Source of the DNA: Azolla caroliniana
Taxonomy: Eukaryota; Plantae; Polypodiophyta
Length of the DNA stretch: 64,000 nt
Reading direction: 5' to 3'
Assembly: GCA_043228905.1 (NCBI GenBank)
Contig: JBHGNT010000010.1
Location: 20,336,001 to 20,400,000 of the forward strand
Below are positions 42,083 to 53,222 of this stretch, piece by piece. The notes below the pieces were generated by a model, which was not told the origin of the DNA, did not search any database, and saw only the letters and a list, made by a program, of their open reading frames with translations. The position numbers were made by a program, and so were the translations under genes. The number at the start of each line of letters is the position of its first letter. Position 1 is the stretch's first letter.

Positions 42083-45000
42083 ACGAGACCTGCACGAGTG
42101 CATAATCGACGGCGGCTCTAGCGTGAATGTCATCAGCGAGGCTACCTGTCATAAACTCGGCCTGAGTCAATGGGAACCTTGCCCCTTTTGGCTTCGGATG
42201 GCCGATACACAGTCGGTTCGCCCCATCGGATTAATCCGCCACCTCGACTTTACTCTAGGAGGCCACATGTTCACTATCTAGGCCATTGTATTACGACTCG
42301 AAGCACAGGGCGCCTACCCAATGTTACTTGGAAGACCATGGTTGCGCACAGCAAATATCAAACAGCATTGGCATCGCAACATGATTTCGTTTCGACGAGG
42401 AAAGACCAAGGTCCGGATCATAACCAAAGAACGTGTAACCACGCCCCACAACACCTTGCTGTTATACACGAAAGGTGTGCACATGCTCGACGGGTTAGCC
42501 GATGACGAGGTGGAGAACTTCCTAGAAGATCATCCCACTATCATACCCTTCTTCGAAATCGACGCGATATCGGCCGTCGGCACACCTCTAGGCGAGGAGG
42601 TCACGGAGAATACACCTCCCCAGGACGAGCCAGATCCCACCACCATCGCAGAATGACGACACGCTCGGGATGCTTTTGAACGTGAACTCGCCATCTCCCA
42701 ACGAGTGAAGGCATCAATGCTCGAAACACTGAACCTCGGTTCGAACGAGAACCCTCGCACCCTACAGATTGCTAATAACTTACCAGCCGGCGAACGAGCA
42801 GCCCTCATACGCTTACTCACTGATTACCAGGATGTATTCGCATGGTCTTACACGGATATGAAGGGTTTGGACCCTCATTACTACCAACACTAGATCCATC
42901 TTCTCCCTGACGGTCGGTTGGTTCAGCAAAGACGCTATCGTATGAACCCCAATTATGCGGCTAAGGTCAAGGAAGAAATAGACAAGCTCCTTCGAGTCGG
43001 GTTCATACGACCTGTAAAACGCGCCACATGGTTAAGCCCAATTGTAGTCGTCCCCAAGAAAAACGGGAAAATTTGAGTCTGCGTCGACTACTGCAAGCTT
43101 AATGCTGCAACGGTCACAGATGGATTCCCTCTCCCATTCACAGATAGCGTTCTCGACACGGTGGCAGGTCACAAATGCTACAACTTTCTAGACGGGTTCA
43201 GTAGCTACAACAAAATCCGAATGCACCCGGATTATCAGGAGAAAACAACATTTGTCACAGAATGGGGTGTTTTCGTGGCAGAAGTAATGATGTTCGGATT
43301 GAAAACGACATCGGCCACGTTCCAGCGCATCATCACCGAAATTTTTAACGAGTATATCCCGGCGTTCATGCAAGTCTTTCTCGACAACTTCGTCGTGTAT
43401 GGCCAGCGACTGGAGCACATGACCCAGTTACGTCTCTGTCTTGGTCGATGTCGCCAGGCTCGGTTAAGTTTAAACCCGGCAAAATGCGCGTTCTTGGTGA
43501 CAAGCGACAACCTACTCGGGCACATCGTCAGTCAAGAAGGTATTGCCATGGACCCGGATAAAGTACAAGCCATCCTAAACGCCCCCGCACCCTCGAACGC
43601 AAAGGCCCTCAGCCGATTTCTGGGGCAAATCAGATGGCACAGCCGGATGATACGCCACCTGGCCGATTTCGCGACACCACTACACGCGGTGGTGCATCGA
43701 CTTCCCTTTCAATGGACTTCAATCGAGGACGAGACTTACCAAGCTTTGAAATTAATGCTCTTGCATGCCCCAGTTGTACAGCCCCTAATATGGTCGGAAC
43801 CTTTTCACATCTTCGTGGACGCATCAGATATCGCCATCGGGAGCGCACTTACGCAATGCACGCCCCCAAATTGGTATCGGCCAGTCTATTATGCTAGCCG
43901 ACGTCTCTCGGCCGCTGAAAAGAACTATTCAACCACCGAACGAGAGGCCCTCGGTATGATCTACAACATCAGTCAATTTCGGCATTACCTCTTAGGCCGA
44001 AAAATCACATTTCACGTTGATCATTCGGCCCTCCTTTACCTTGTTAATAAAGAACCCTGACAGGTCGCCTGGCTCGATGGATGCTCCTGTTACAAGAGTT
44101 TGATTTTCATATACAACATCGACCCGGAGTCCAACACGTCGTTGCGGACTACCTAAGCCGCCTTGAGTTAGGGGACCCTGTCGAGCCCACGTATGACGAT
44201 TTACCCGATGTCGGCCTATTTAATCTCACAACGCTGCCAGACGACAAAGAAGATGAATGGATCACGGAGATGACCCATTTCCTTAGTACTGGCCTGCCTA
44301 CCAACCACATGCCCCTCGATGCGCGGAAACGACTCGCAGTATGAAGCCGGAACTTTTGTCTCGTTTCCGACATCCTCTACCACAAAGGCTCGGACGGAAT
44401 ATGGCGTCAGGCAATTCGACAATTCGAGAAGAAGGCCATCCTCCAAGAGGCCCACCTAGGAATCGCAGGTGGACACTACGTCAAAGAGTTCACAACAAGG
44501 AAAGTATGGTAGAGTGGGTTATGGTGGCCTACAACGAAAAAGGATGCCCACGAGTTCTGTTGGCAGTGCAACTTGTGCCAACGGTTGGGACAACCGATGG
44601 AACAAGCTCGGATGCCACACCAACCCATTCTTCCATTGGAACCATTTCAAAAATGGGGGTTAGATTTTGTGGGACCCTTCAAGCCAGCCGCGGCATGAAC
44701 CAGTAATAAGTATATCATCGTGGCCACGGACTACTGCACAAAATGGGCCGAGACAACACGGCAGCATCCACAACCAAATTTGTGTACGAACATCTCTGGT
44801 GCCGTTATGGATGCCCAATAGAGCTCGTTAGTGACCAAGGTGGGCACTTTATAAACCATATAATACGCGAGCTTATGACACACTACGCGGTTGTACATAA
44901 GAAAAGTACACCATACTACCCGTAGGCAAACGGATTGGCAGAATCGACTAACAAAATTCTCCAAACAATCCTGAAGAAGATCGTCAATGAGAACCGCACC

Positions 45001-45474
45001 GATTGGGATGACAAGCTCCAGAGTGCACTATGGGCTTATCGCACTACATTCAAAACGAGCATTCAATCCACCCCCTTTCGGATGGCTTTTGGTCTCGAAG
45101 CCGTTATGCCCATCGAGTTCCAAGTTCCGAGTCTCCGAGTTCTAGTTAAAGCAAGGCTCCCCGAGGCCCAATCCGAACAATATAGGCTAGAACAACTCCT
45201 CGAACTTGGCGAGGATCGAGTAGCGAGCATGGCCCAACTTGAACAGCGCCAACGACAACGAAAAGCCTTTGTGAACCGACATCGGAAAGGATTGGAACAA
45301 GAACTAACCATCGGCAAACCGATCCTCGTTTTCCAGACACGACTCGGTGCCATGCCCGGGAAGTTACGATTTCGATGGACCAACCCCTTCTGGATTATTG
45401 ACAAGTTCAATGGCACGTTCCAGCTCGGCACCCTCGACGGGGAAATTGTCAAAAACTGGGTGAATGGATTCTGA
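42083..45474 (+). pseudogene. Element B pol (protease remainder, RT, RNase H, integrase), disrupted
   Basis: RDLHECIIDGGSSVNVI (protease); VPKKNGKI*VCVDYCKLN...FLDGFSSYNKI...MMFGLK...VFLDNF (RT); IFVDASDIAIGSAL...YSTTEREALGM (RH); WGLDFVGP...SDQGGHF...NGLAESTNK (INT). Confidence 0.9.
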
Positions 45475-46098
45475 CTGTGACCGTACCAGGGTATTTCCCC
45501 AATCAACCCTTTCGCCGAGTCTCACGGCACGGACAATGCCTCGAATGAGGCCACATGTCCCCTTCGGTAAGAACCCACCAACATTCCAAAGCGTACTTTA
45601 GGTAGGATTAGGCATAGTTTTAACAATTAGTTAGTTCCACCTAAACCACCTACCACATCACCCAAATCACGTCATGTTTAGAGGCACACACTAGTCACTT
45701 TCACATTCACTTAAGTATATTAAGGCACATGCACAACACCCAAGGCACAACACTAACTCCCTAGGACGTGTGGCCATAATATCCTATTATGGCACCCACA
45801 ACCAAGAATCTCCATGATCCTCTTCTTGCACAAAACCCTAGGCGTTCGATAAAAAACAGTTACCCCAAGCACACCACACACAGACGCTTTCTTGCACACT
45901 CAGCCTCCATCGCTCCCAAGCTCTCAAGCCTCCTCTCGCTCTCAGCGCTTTCATCACTCCCACCGCTCTGGCTCACAAGCCCTCTCTTGTTCTCGTAGCC
46001 CCTCTGCCGAACTACAACCATCTCCTTCCCTCACTCTGTCTCGGCCTCGTCTCATCCTCCTTCCCCAATCTTCAACATAGCAGAACCCCGAGTCCATT

Positions 46099-46790
46099 AT
46101 GCCTCTTGCAACTTCACAGGAAACCCGCTCATGGATTCAGGAACGAAGATTAGGTGGTTATTTAAAGGTGATCGATGCCCCTACACACCCTGACGCCCAA
46201 GCGGTCGCACGCCGAATCCACCCGGACACAGTCACCAACAATATGATTCGTGCTACCTTGGACCTGAAGCGAGGAGGTGATCATGAAGTAGAGATTCCCC
46301 CTTCCACGACCCTGAAGGAATACTTTGGTGTGTACTCCATATCTGGTAAGGCCTATCGCACATACGGTGGATCCAACAAGGCATTCGGAGAAATCGCTCG
46401 CATCCTAATGGAGTACGCGTTCATGCATACCAACCCTACAAGTATGCCATAGAACAAAGCAACGATCATTATCAGTGAATACGAGGGAAACAAAATCGAC
46501 TGGGGTATCATCACGGGCGAAGGCGTACGTGCTACACTGGCCTCGTTTCAATCGGGTAAGAAGTTGCTTTCTGTGATGACGCATTTTTTCACAGTCCTCT
46601 ACCCACCGCCTTCGTTTTCTTGCCCTCGCACCCTCTCTTCCCCACCACAACCACGGAAGCAGAGGGAGAAGCTCTTGGCCTTAAACCAGGAAGCATGGGA
46701 AGAGTCTACACCCCCTTCGCCTCCTTCGACCGCTCAAAACCCTACCCACATCTGGGTACCACCCCCACGAAAACCCCAAAAGAAACAGGT
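46099..46790 (+). pseudogene. Element B extra ORF downstream of integrase (unknown function), one premature stop
   Basis: MPLATSQETRSWIQERRLGG...NPTSMP*NKATIIISEYEGNKIDWGIITGEGVRATLASF...PPRKPQKKQV is in one frame across the TAG at 46450-46452. Confidence 0.6.
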
Positions 46791-47345
46791 CTGGAGTGAT
46801 GGTGCCCTGTCCGCTTTTGGAAATGTGTCGATGGTGGCCTTGACAGGTGGGGTCTCTATTTGGGTTGGGGCGTGGCTGGTTTGGGGGTGCAGTGATGCTG
46901 CCTCGATTGTTTGTACCTGTCAGAACCAAGGATAAAAGATAGAGTGATGGAAGAAGGATATTAGAGAACACGAGAAGAAAGGAATGAAATACTAAGAGAA
47001 GAATAGATGTATAAGATAGAGAAAGAAAGAGAATGGATACAAGATATGTAATGAGAGCTAAAGACTGGTGTTGATTCGAATTGATTTGAGAATACATGTA
47101 TGCGCTTATTTATAGGTTCCTATAGAATAGCTTAGAGATTTCTAGAATGTTCTAGAATGTTCTAGACCTAGAATGCTCTAGGACATTCTAGAACATTCTA
47201 GAATAATCTAGAGTTTTTACAATAATCAATGTAATACAAGAAGTAGCTTTTATTGTTTCATATAACAATAAGCTATCTTAATGGTTGAGGTTTTCAAGTA
47301 TGAATTACAAAGTTCGAGGTTCAAGTCCGGGTGACGCCATAATGG

Positions 47346-50300
47346 TCATGTGTTCATGACATTATCCCTCCTTCGAGAACACCGAGTGGAAGTCGGCGTT
47401 AACATTGTTGGGTCGGGCTTGTTTGGATAGTGACGATGGAAGTCGTTGACCAAAGCTTCAGCATTACAAACGTTATCGATGGGTTCCCAAGTGCGATCAC
47501 TCGGAGGATAACCAAGCCAATCAACTAGATAATAAAGCTTATTGCGCACAATCTTAGAATCGAGAATAGCAGCTACCTCGTATTCGGGGCCGTTCACAAG
47601 TTGTACAGAAGGCGGTGGTGGCACGACACGATCAGGAATTAAAGAGGTGTGGCAAGGTTCCAAAAGAGAGCTATGAAAGACAGGGTGAAGCCGCATATGT
47701 GCAGGAAGGTTAAGACGAAATGTTGCATCATTAATCTGCGTCGTGATGACAAAAGGACCTAAGCATTGATAGTCAAGCTTAGCACACGGTCGGGTAGTCT
47801 TGATGTGACGACGAAGCAACCATACACGGTCACCAACCTTAAACGGAGACTTAAGACGATGTCGATCGGCATTGGTCTTATGGTGTGCTTGCGCTTTCTG
47901 AAGATGTGACGATAACTCGAACTGGATTTGTTGTAGTCGGTGGAGGTGATGCGCCGCACTAGGGTTTCGTGACACCTCGGGAAGATCCAGTATACACCAT
48001 CGAGGGTGGTTGCCGGTGTAGGCAAAGAAAGGTGTAACTTTGGTAGAAGAGTGGACCGTATTGTTGTATGCAAACTCAGCAAGATGTAAAATTTTACTCC
48101 AATCATCTTGTTGATAACTAATGAAACATCGAAGATATTGCTCGAGCGTCTGATTTGTGCGCTCTGTTTGTCCATCAGTTTGTGGATGATAAGCCGAAGA
48201 GAGTTTGCAAGAGATTTTGAGGCCTGCCCATAGGTGCTTCCAAAAGTGTGAGATAAATTGAGGACCTCGATCGCTAATAATATCATTCGGGAGACCATGA
48301 TGGCGAAACACTTCACGCATAATGAGATCTGCAGTTTCTTCACTACTGATGGTCTTTACACATGGTACAAAATGTGCCATCTTGGTGAACCGATCCACTA
48401 CTGTTAAAATAGTATCAAAGCCTTTGGAAGGTGGCAGATCCGTAATGAAATCCATAGAAATAGACTGCCATGGCTTGTTGGGAGGGGGTAATGGTTGTAG
48501 TAAGCCATAAGGGTGATGTCGGGGTATTTTGGCGCGACAGCAGGTGTCACAAGTGCGAACATAATCTTCGACAAATTTTTGCAAGTGAGGCCACCAAAAC
48601 GAACGTTTCACCAGCTCAATGGTCTTGGAAATACCAAAATGTCCAGCCATGGGGGCATCATGACAATGTTCCAACACTTGAAGTTGGGGTGATCCGTCGG
48701 GGACGTAAAGGAGATTCTTGTAGAAGAGTAAACCATCTTGCCACTTGAAGTCCTGATAATGTTGAGATGACCCTGGCAATGTGGAGCAAGATGGACGACT
48801 TGAACCACAGTGGGCTAAGACATCCTTAGCAAAATCATCCGAATGAAGTTGTTGCCGAATAGTGTCAAGAAGGGTAGAATCAAGTGGTGTGGCATAAATT
48901 GTTGTTACCTGTAGCTTTGATGGCCCGAGGAGAGTTTGCTTTTGATTGTCAAAGGCCGGATCTCCAGGTCGAAGTGCTAGATACGAACGCCGAGATAGAG
49001 CATATGCTTTCCCTTGTTGTTTTCCGGGGCGAAAAATGATCTTGAAATCGAAACGCGTTAGAAATTGGGCCCACCAAGCTTGTCATCTATTTAATACTCG
49101 AGCTGTTTGAAAATATGTGAGATTTTTGTGATCACTATAAATGATAATCTGATGAGGTGATCCTTCTAGAAAATGACGCCATTGCTCGAATGAGTCGACC
49201 ACAGCTAGTAACTCCTTGTCATGCACCTCATAGTTTATCTCTGAAACAGTAAACTTTCTCGAGTGAAACGCGACTGGATGTATCTGCCCGTCCTCGCCTG
49301 GTTGCGATAGGATACTCCCCAATGCAAAGTCTAATGCATCCGCCTCAATAGTAAATGGCTTTTCAGGATCAATATGTGCTAGGATGGGTGCTGATGTGAA
49401 TGCCTCTTTTAGCTGCGTAAAAGCCTTGTCCGCTTCGATACTCCAAAAAAATGCTTGATTTTTCTTGGTGAGTTGAGTAAGGGGCAACACAATGCTTGAA
49501 TGATTATGTATGAATTTGCGATAGAAGTTCGCAAATCCGAGGAAACACTGGACATCCCGAACTGAGCATGGGGGTTTCCATTCCAATATTGTTTGGACTT
49601 TTGCCGGGTCCATGAAAACACCCTGGGATGAAATAGTGTATCCCAAAAATTCGACTTGTTTGCAATCAAAACTGCATTTCTCAAGTTTGGCGTAAAGACC
49701 ATACTTCCTTAAGCGTTCAAGTACTTGCCGCACATGTATATCATGCTCCCCCTGTGTTTTAGAGTAAATCAATAGATCATCTAGGTAGATGATTAGAAAA
49801 ATATCCAAGAAATCCCGAAAGATGTCATTTGCCATATGTTGGAATACGGCAGGTGCATTTGTGAGCCCGAAAGGCATGACTGTATACTCGAAATGACCAT
49901 ACCGAGTACGAAATGTTGTTTTCGACTCATCTCCCGGCCGAATTCGAACAAGATTATATGCACCCCTTAGATCAAATTTGGTAAAATGCTTTGCCCCACC
50001 AATGCGTTCTAAGAGATTGGAGATTAAAGGTAAAACATACCTATTCCTTATGGTGACTTTATTTAAGCCTCGATAGTCCACGACCAGACGAAGGGAGCCG
50101 TCCTTTTTCTTCACAAAAAAGATAGGAGCACCAGCTGGAGACTTTGAATGTCGAATAAACCCATGTGCAAGATTTTCCTTGATGTATTCTCGAAGAACCT
50201 CAAGCTCAGTGGGTGATAAATTGTAAATCGGACCCCACGGAGGCTCTTTTCCTGGTTGGAGATCAATAGGACAGTCGTACGGCCGATGCTTTGGAAGAAC

Positions 50301-50975
50301 ACTAGCTTTGACTTTGTCGAAAACATCAGCATAGTCTTGATATTTTTTGGGAATTTGGATGTCTGAATTCCCTTGAGTGACACTAGAAGGTGTCACTGAT
50401 ACTGCAAATAAGTAAAGGTCCTCCTTGCCTCCCACTTGGTGCAATTGTTGCAATGTGATGGCTGAAATTTGATGAGAAGGATATGGTGCATCGGTAGAAC
50501 TATATACTTTGGGAGGATAATCCCGAGTTCGATCCTTGACAATGATATTTTCTGCTAAAGGGCACCTAATTTCTCGCTTCCTCCAATCGATTCTAGGGTT
50601 ATGTAGCTCGAACCATGGCAAACCGAGGACAATTGGATGCTCAGGACTACGGATTATGTTAAAGGAAACTACACATCCTAAATCACCCAAGAGTATGTGT
50701 ATTGGCTCAGACTCTTCAAATATCTTCCCGGAAGCTATGGGGCGTCCATCAATCACTACTACGGAAACTGGACAAGGAAGTGTATGCAAGGATATTTGGT
50801 GTTTTTGGGCAAAATCTCTATCCATGAAACAAGAATTGGCTCCAGTATCTAAGAGGGCTTGGACATGAAGTTGACAACTGGGTGTCTTAACTTGTACTAG
50901 GGCTGAGAAGACTCTACTAACATGCTTGGAAGAAATGGAACCCATACTAGGTTGTACATATCTAGGGTTGTCCAA
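47346..50975 (-). pseudogene. Element D pol (PR-RT-RH-INT-chromodomain), nearly intact with lesions near 49083
   Basis: ORFs 49083-50975 (630 aa) and 47346-48779 (477 aa); TGA at 49083-49085 in place of the expected Arg codon in LNRRQARW. Confidence 0.9.
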
Positions 50976-51044
50976 CCAAATGGCTCCTATTTTGGCCGGA
51001 CTTATTCGTTTGACTCCTCTTCTAATTGGCTTAGGACTTCAAAT

Positions 51045-52168
51045 TTATATGGACAAGGGTGGATTATTCATAATATTAGATTCACTAACTACTTCTAAAA
51101 TGTTGGACTCATTTTTATTGTCATAGTGAATTTGATTTACCTGACGTCTCGGCCTACGGGAGCAATGAATGGCTATATGTCCTGGACCTCCACAATATAA
51201 GCACAGATGGTTTGCTCGACGACGTTGCTTCTCTTCGTCTGACAACGGTCCTCGTCGTTGAGTCATATCGATCTCCATGGGTGTAGGACTATCCATTGGG
51301 ACTGGACTACGTGTTTGCCTTGGAGTTGGAGCAGGGCTATACATTTGCCTTGGGGATGATTGCGCCGTTACTGATGCATAAGTTGGTGTGAATCTAGATC
51401 TTGTTATTTGTTGTTGTCGCTCACATCGACGCTCAAAAAGGCGATTATCACACCGTATTGCTCGACTAATAGCTTCTGTAAGTGACCTTGGATCCTCGGG
51501 GAAGGTAAGAAGTAAGTCTTTGACATCACTACGAAGGCCTGAAAGGAATTGCTCCATTAGGGCTTGTTCATCCCAAGGAATATCGCTTGCGATGAGACGG
51601 AAATTGGCAGCATATGTTGAAGCTAGTTGATCACCTTGACGAAGTGTACGAATCTTGTTGATAGTTGTTCTCACCCCATCAGTATCTCCGAAACAAGCCT
51701 TAAATTCCTTGATAAATTCCTCGAAATTATTCAGTAGAGGAGAATTGGTCTCTAGCAATGGAGCAAACCACGACAACGCTATGCCAGTCAATAAAGTGCC
51801 CACTAGCCCGACTCGTGATGCATCTGTTGGATAACGTGCGGGATGCATTTGAATCACCAACCGTACTTGATTCAAAAAACCTCGGAAATGCGCCCTCGAC
51901 CCATCAAATTTAGCTGGGAGGCTAATTTTGGGCTCCTTGATAAGTCCCTGACCTTCAACCCTTTGTTGTTATAACACGACGATTGTCGACTCTAACTGTT
52001 GCACTCGTCGCGTGAACTCCTCTTGTTGTTGTTGCTTCTCTATAGTAACCTTTTGTAGATCCCCAAGTAGACGTTGATTCTCTACTTCAAGAGATGCGAA
52101 CTTGGATTTAAGGTTCTCCATTTCTGCAACAAGGGTGAGATATTCTTCTGAGTTAATGGCAGCCATGG
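51045..52168 (-). pseudogene. Element D gag, with an in-frame stop near 51969
   Basis: MAAINSEEY...coiled coil, *QQRVEGQGLIKEPKISLPAKFDGSRAHFRGFLNQV, LLTGIALSWF, TPMEID, CLYCGGPGHIAIHC knuckle. Confidence 0.88.
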
Positions 52169-52731
52169 TTTCAGGATGGTTACAAAGGAGGATAAGAGAG
52201 AGAGAGAGTGTGAGAGAATTCAAATCAAACTGTCAGAACCAAGGATAAAAGATAGAGTGATGGAAGAAGGATAGAGAAGAATGGATGTATAAGATAGAGA
52301 AAGAAAGAGAATGGATACAAGATATGTAATGAGAGCTAAAGATTGGTGTTGATTCGAATTGATTTGAGAATACATGTATGCGCTTATTTATAGGTTCCTA
52401 TAGAATAGCTTAGAGATTTCTAGAATGTTCTAGAATGTTCTAGACCTAGAATGCTCTAGGACATTCTAGAATAATCTAGAGTTTTTACAATAATCAATGT
52501 AATACAAGAAGTAGCTTTTATTGTTTCATATAACAATAAGCTATCTTAATGGTTGAGGTTTTCAAGTATGAATTACAAGGTTCGAGGTTCAAGTCCGGGT
52601 AATGCCATAATGGTCATGTTTTCATGACACAACGCGGCGATCGAGCAATTGCTGGAAGACTTCAACGATGATCAGATGATGTTCCAATTGTGGGTCTGAT
52701 GGACAAAGTCTTGTCCCACAGGCGTGCCAGG

Positions 52732-53222
52732 TGTTATCCATGGGACAAAAAGATAAATTAGTTAAATCTAATACGTCAGTAGGTAAGGCTAGTAGGTGAG
52801 GAAGGTAGAGTTTAGGAAAACGCCGAGTTTCGAGCCTCACAGTCAGCCGACGGCTCGGCTCTGTATCAAGAAAAAGTATATAAACCGAAGTCCGTGTACC
52901 TCGGCAGAGAGAGATATCTAGGGTATAGGCGAGGTCGTTTTCATAGTTACAAGAGCTCTGTAAGGTCACCGGTTGGGAGCCGTGTTTTGTAATCATCGAT
53001 AACTGTTTGCAGTAATACATATCTATTAGCTCTTATTGTTTTCATCTGTGTTCCTTCGTTCCTACGTTCTCAACTACGTATACGCCCTCGGGTTATATTC
53101 CGGGTATGCTCTCCGTTCTCTTCCCCTAACGATGCCTTCGTGTACAAGTCTTCACGTTACACTTCCCTTGATATCGATAGCCTGTAGGCATATCGAAGGT
53201 GTTTCCAAAGGAAAGGATAACA
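52732..53222 (+). repeat. Element B 3' LTR
   Basis: Direct repeat of 32557-33049 followed by the TGAGA TSD; no PPT upstream. Confidence 0.93.

Larger units (their letters stand above)
46918..52629 (-). mobile_element. Element D: Tcn1/Tf1-like self-priming chromovirus, nested in the B 3' region
   Basis: LTRs at 46918-47361 and 52231-52629 (TG...CA; about 6 substitutions plus 2 indels). PPT GAAGGAGGGATAA at about 47362-47374; no tRNA PBS. Gag 51045-52168; pol with LLDTGANSCF, IYLDDLLIYS, NYEVHDKELLAV, HDAPMAGH...CDTC, and chromodomain EYEVAAILDS...YYLVDWLGYPPSDRTWEP. Confidence 0.94.
32557..53222 (+). mobile_element. Element B: non-chromovirus Ty3/Gypsy LTR retrotransposon (Athila/Selgy-like, no Tat-type extra RNase H seen) hosting nested elements C and D
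   Basis: TG...CA LTRs at 32557-33049 and 52732-53222; perfect 5-bp TSD TGAGA (32552-32556 and 53223-53227). PBS TGGCACGCTCGGT at 33055-33067 (tRNA-Arg-like). Gag-PR-RT-RH-INT on the + strand plus an extra 3' ORF. Confidence 0.93.
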
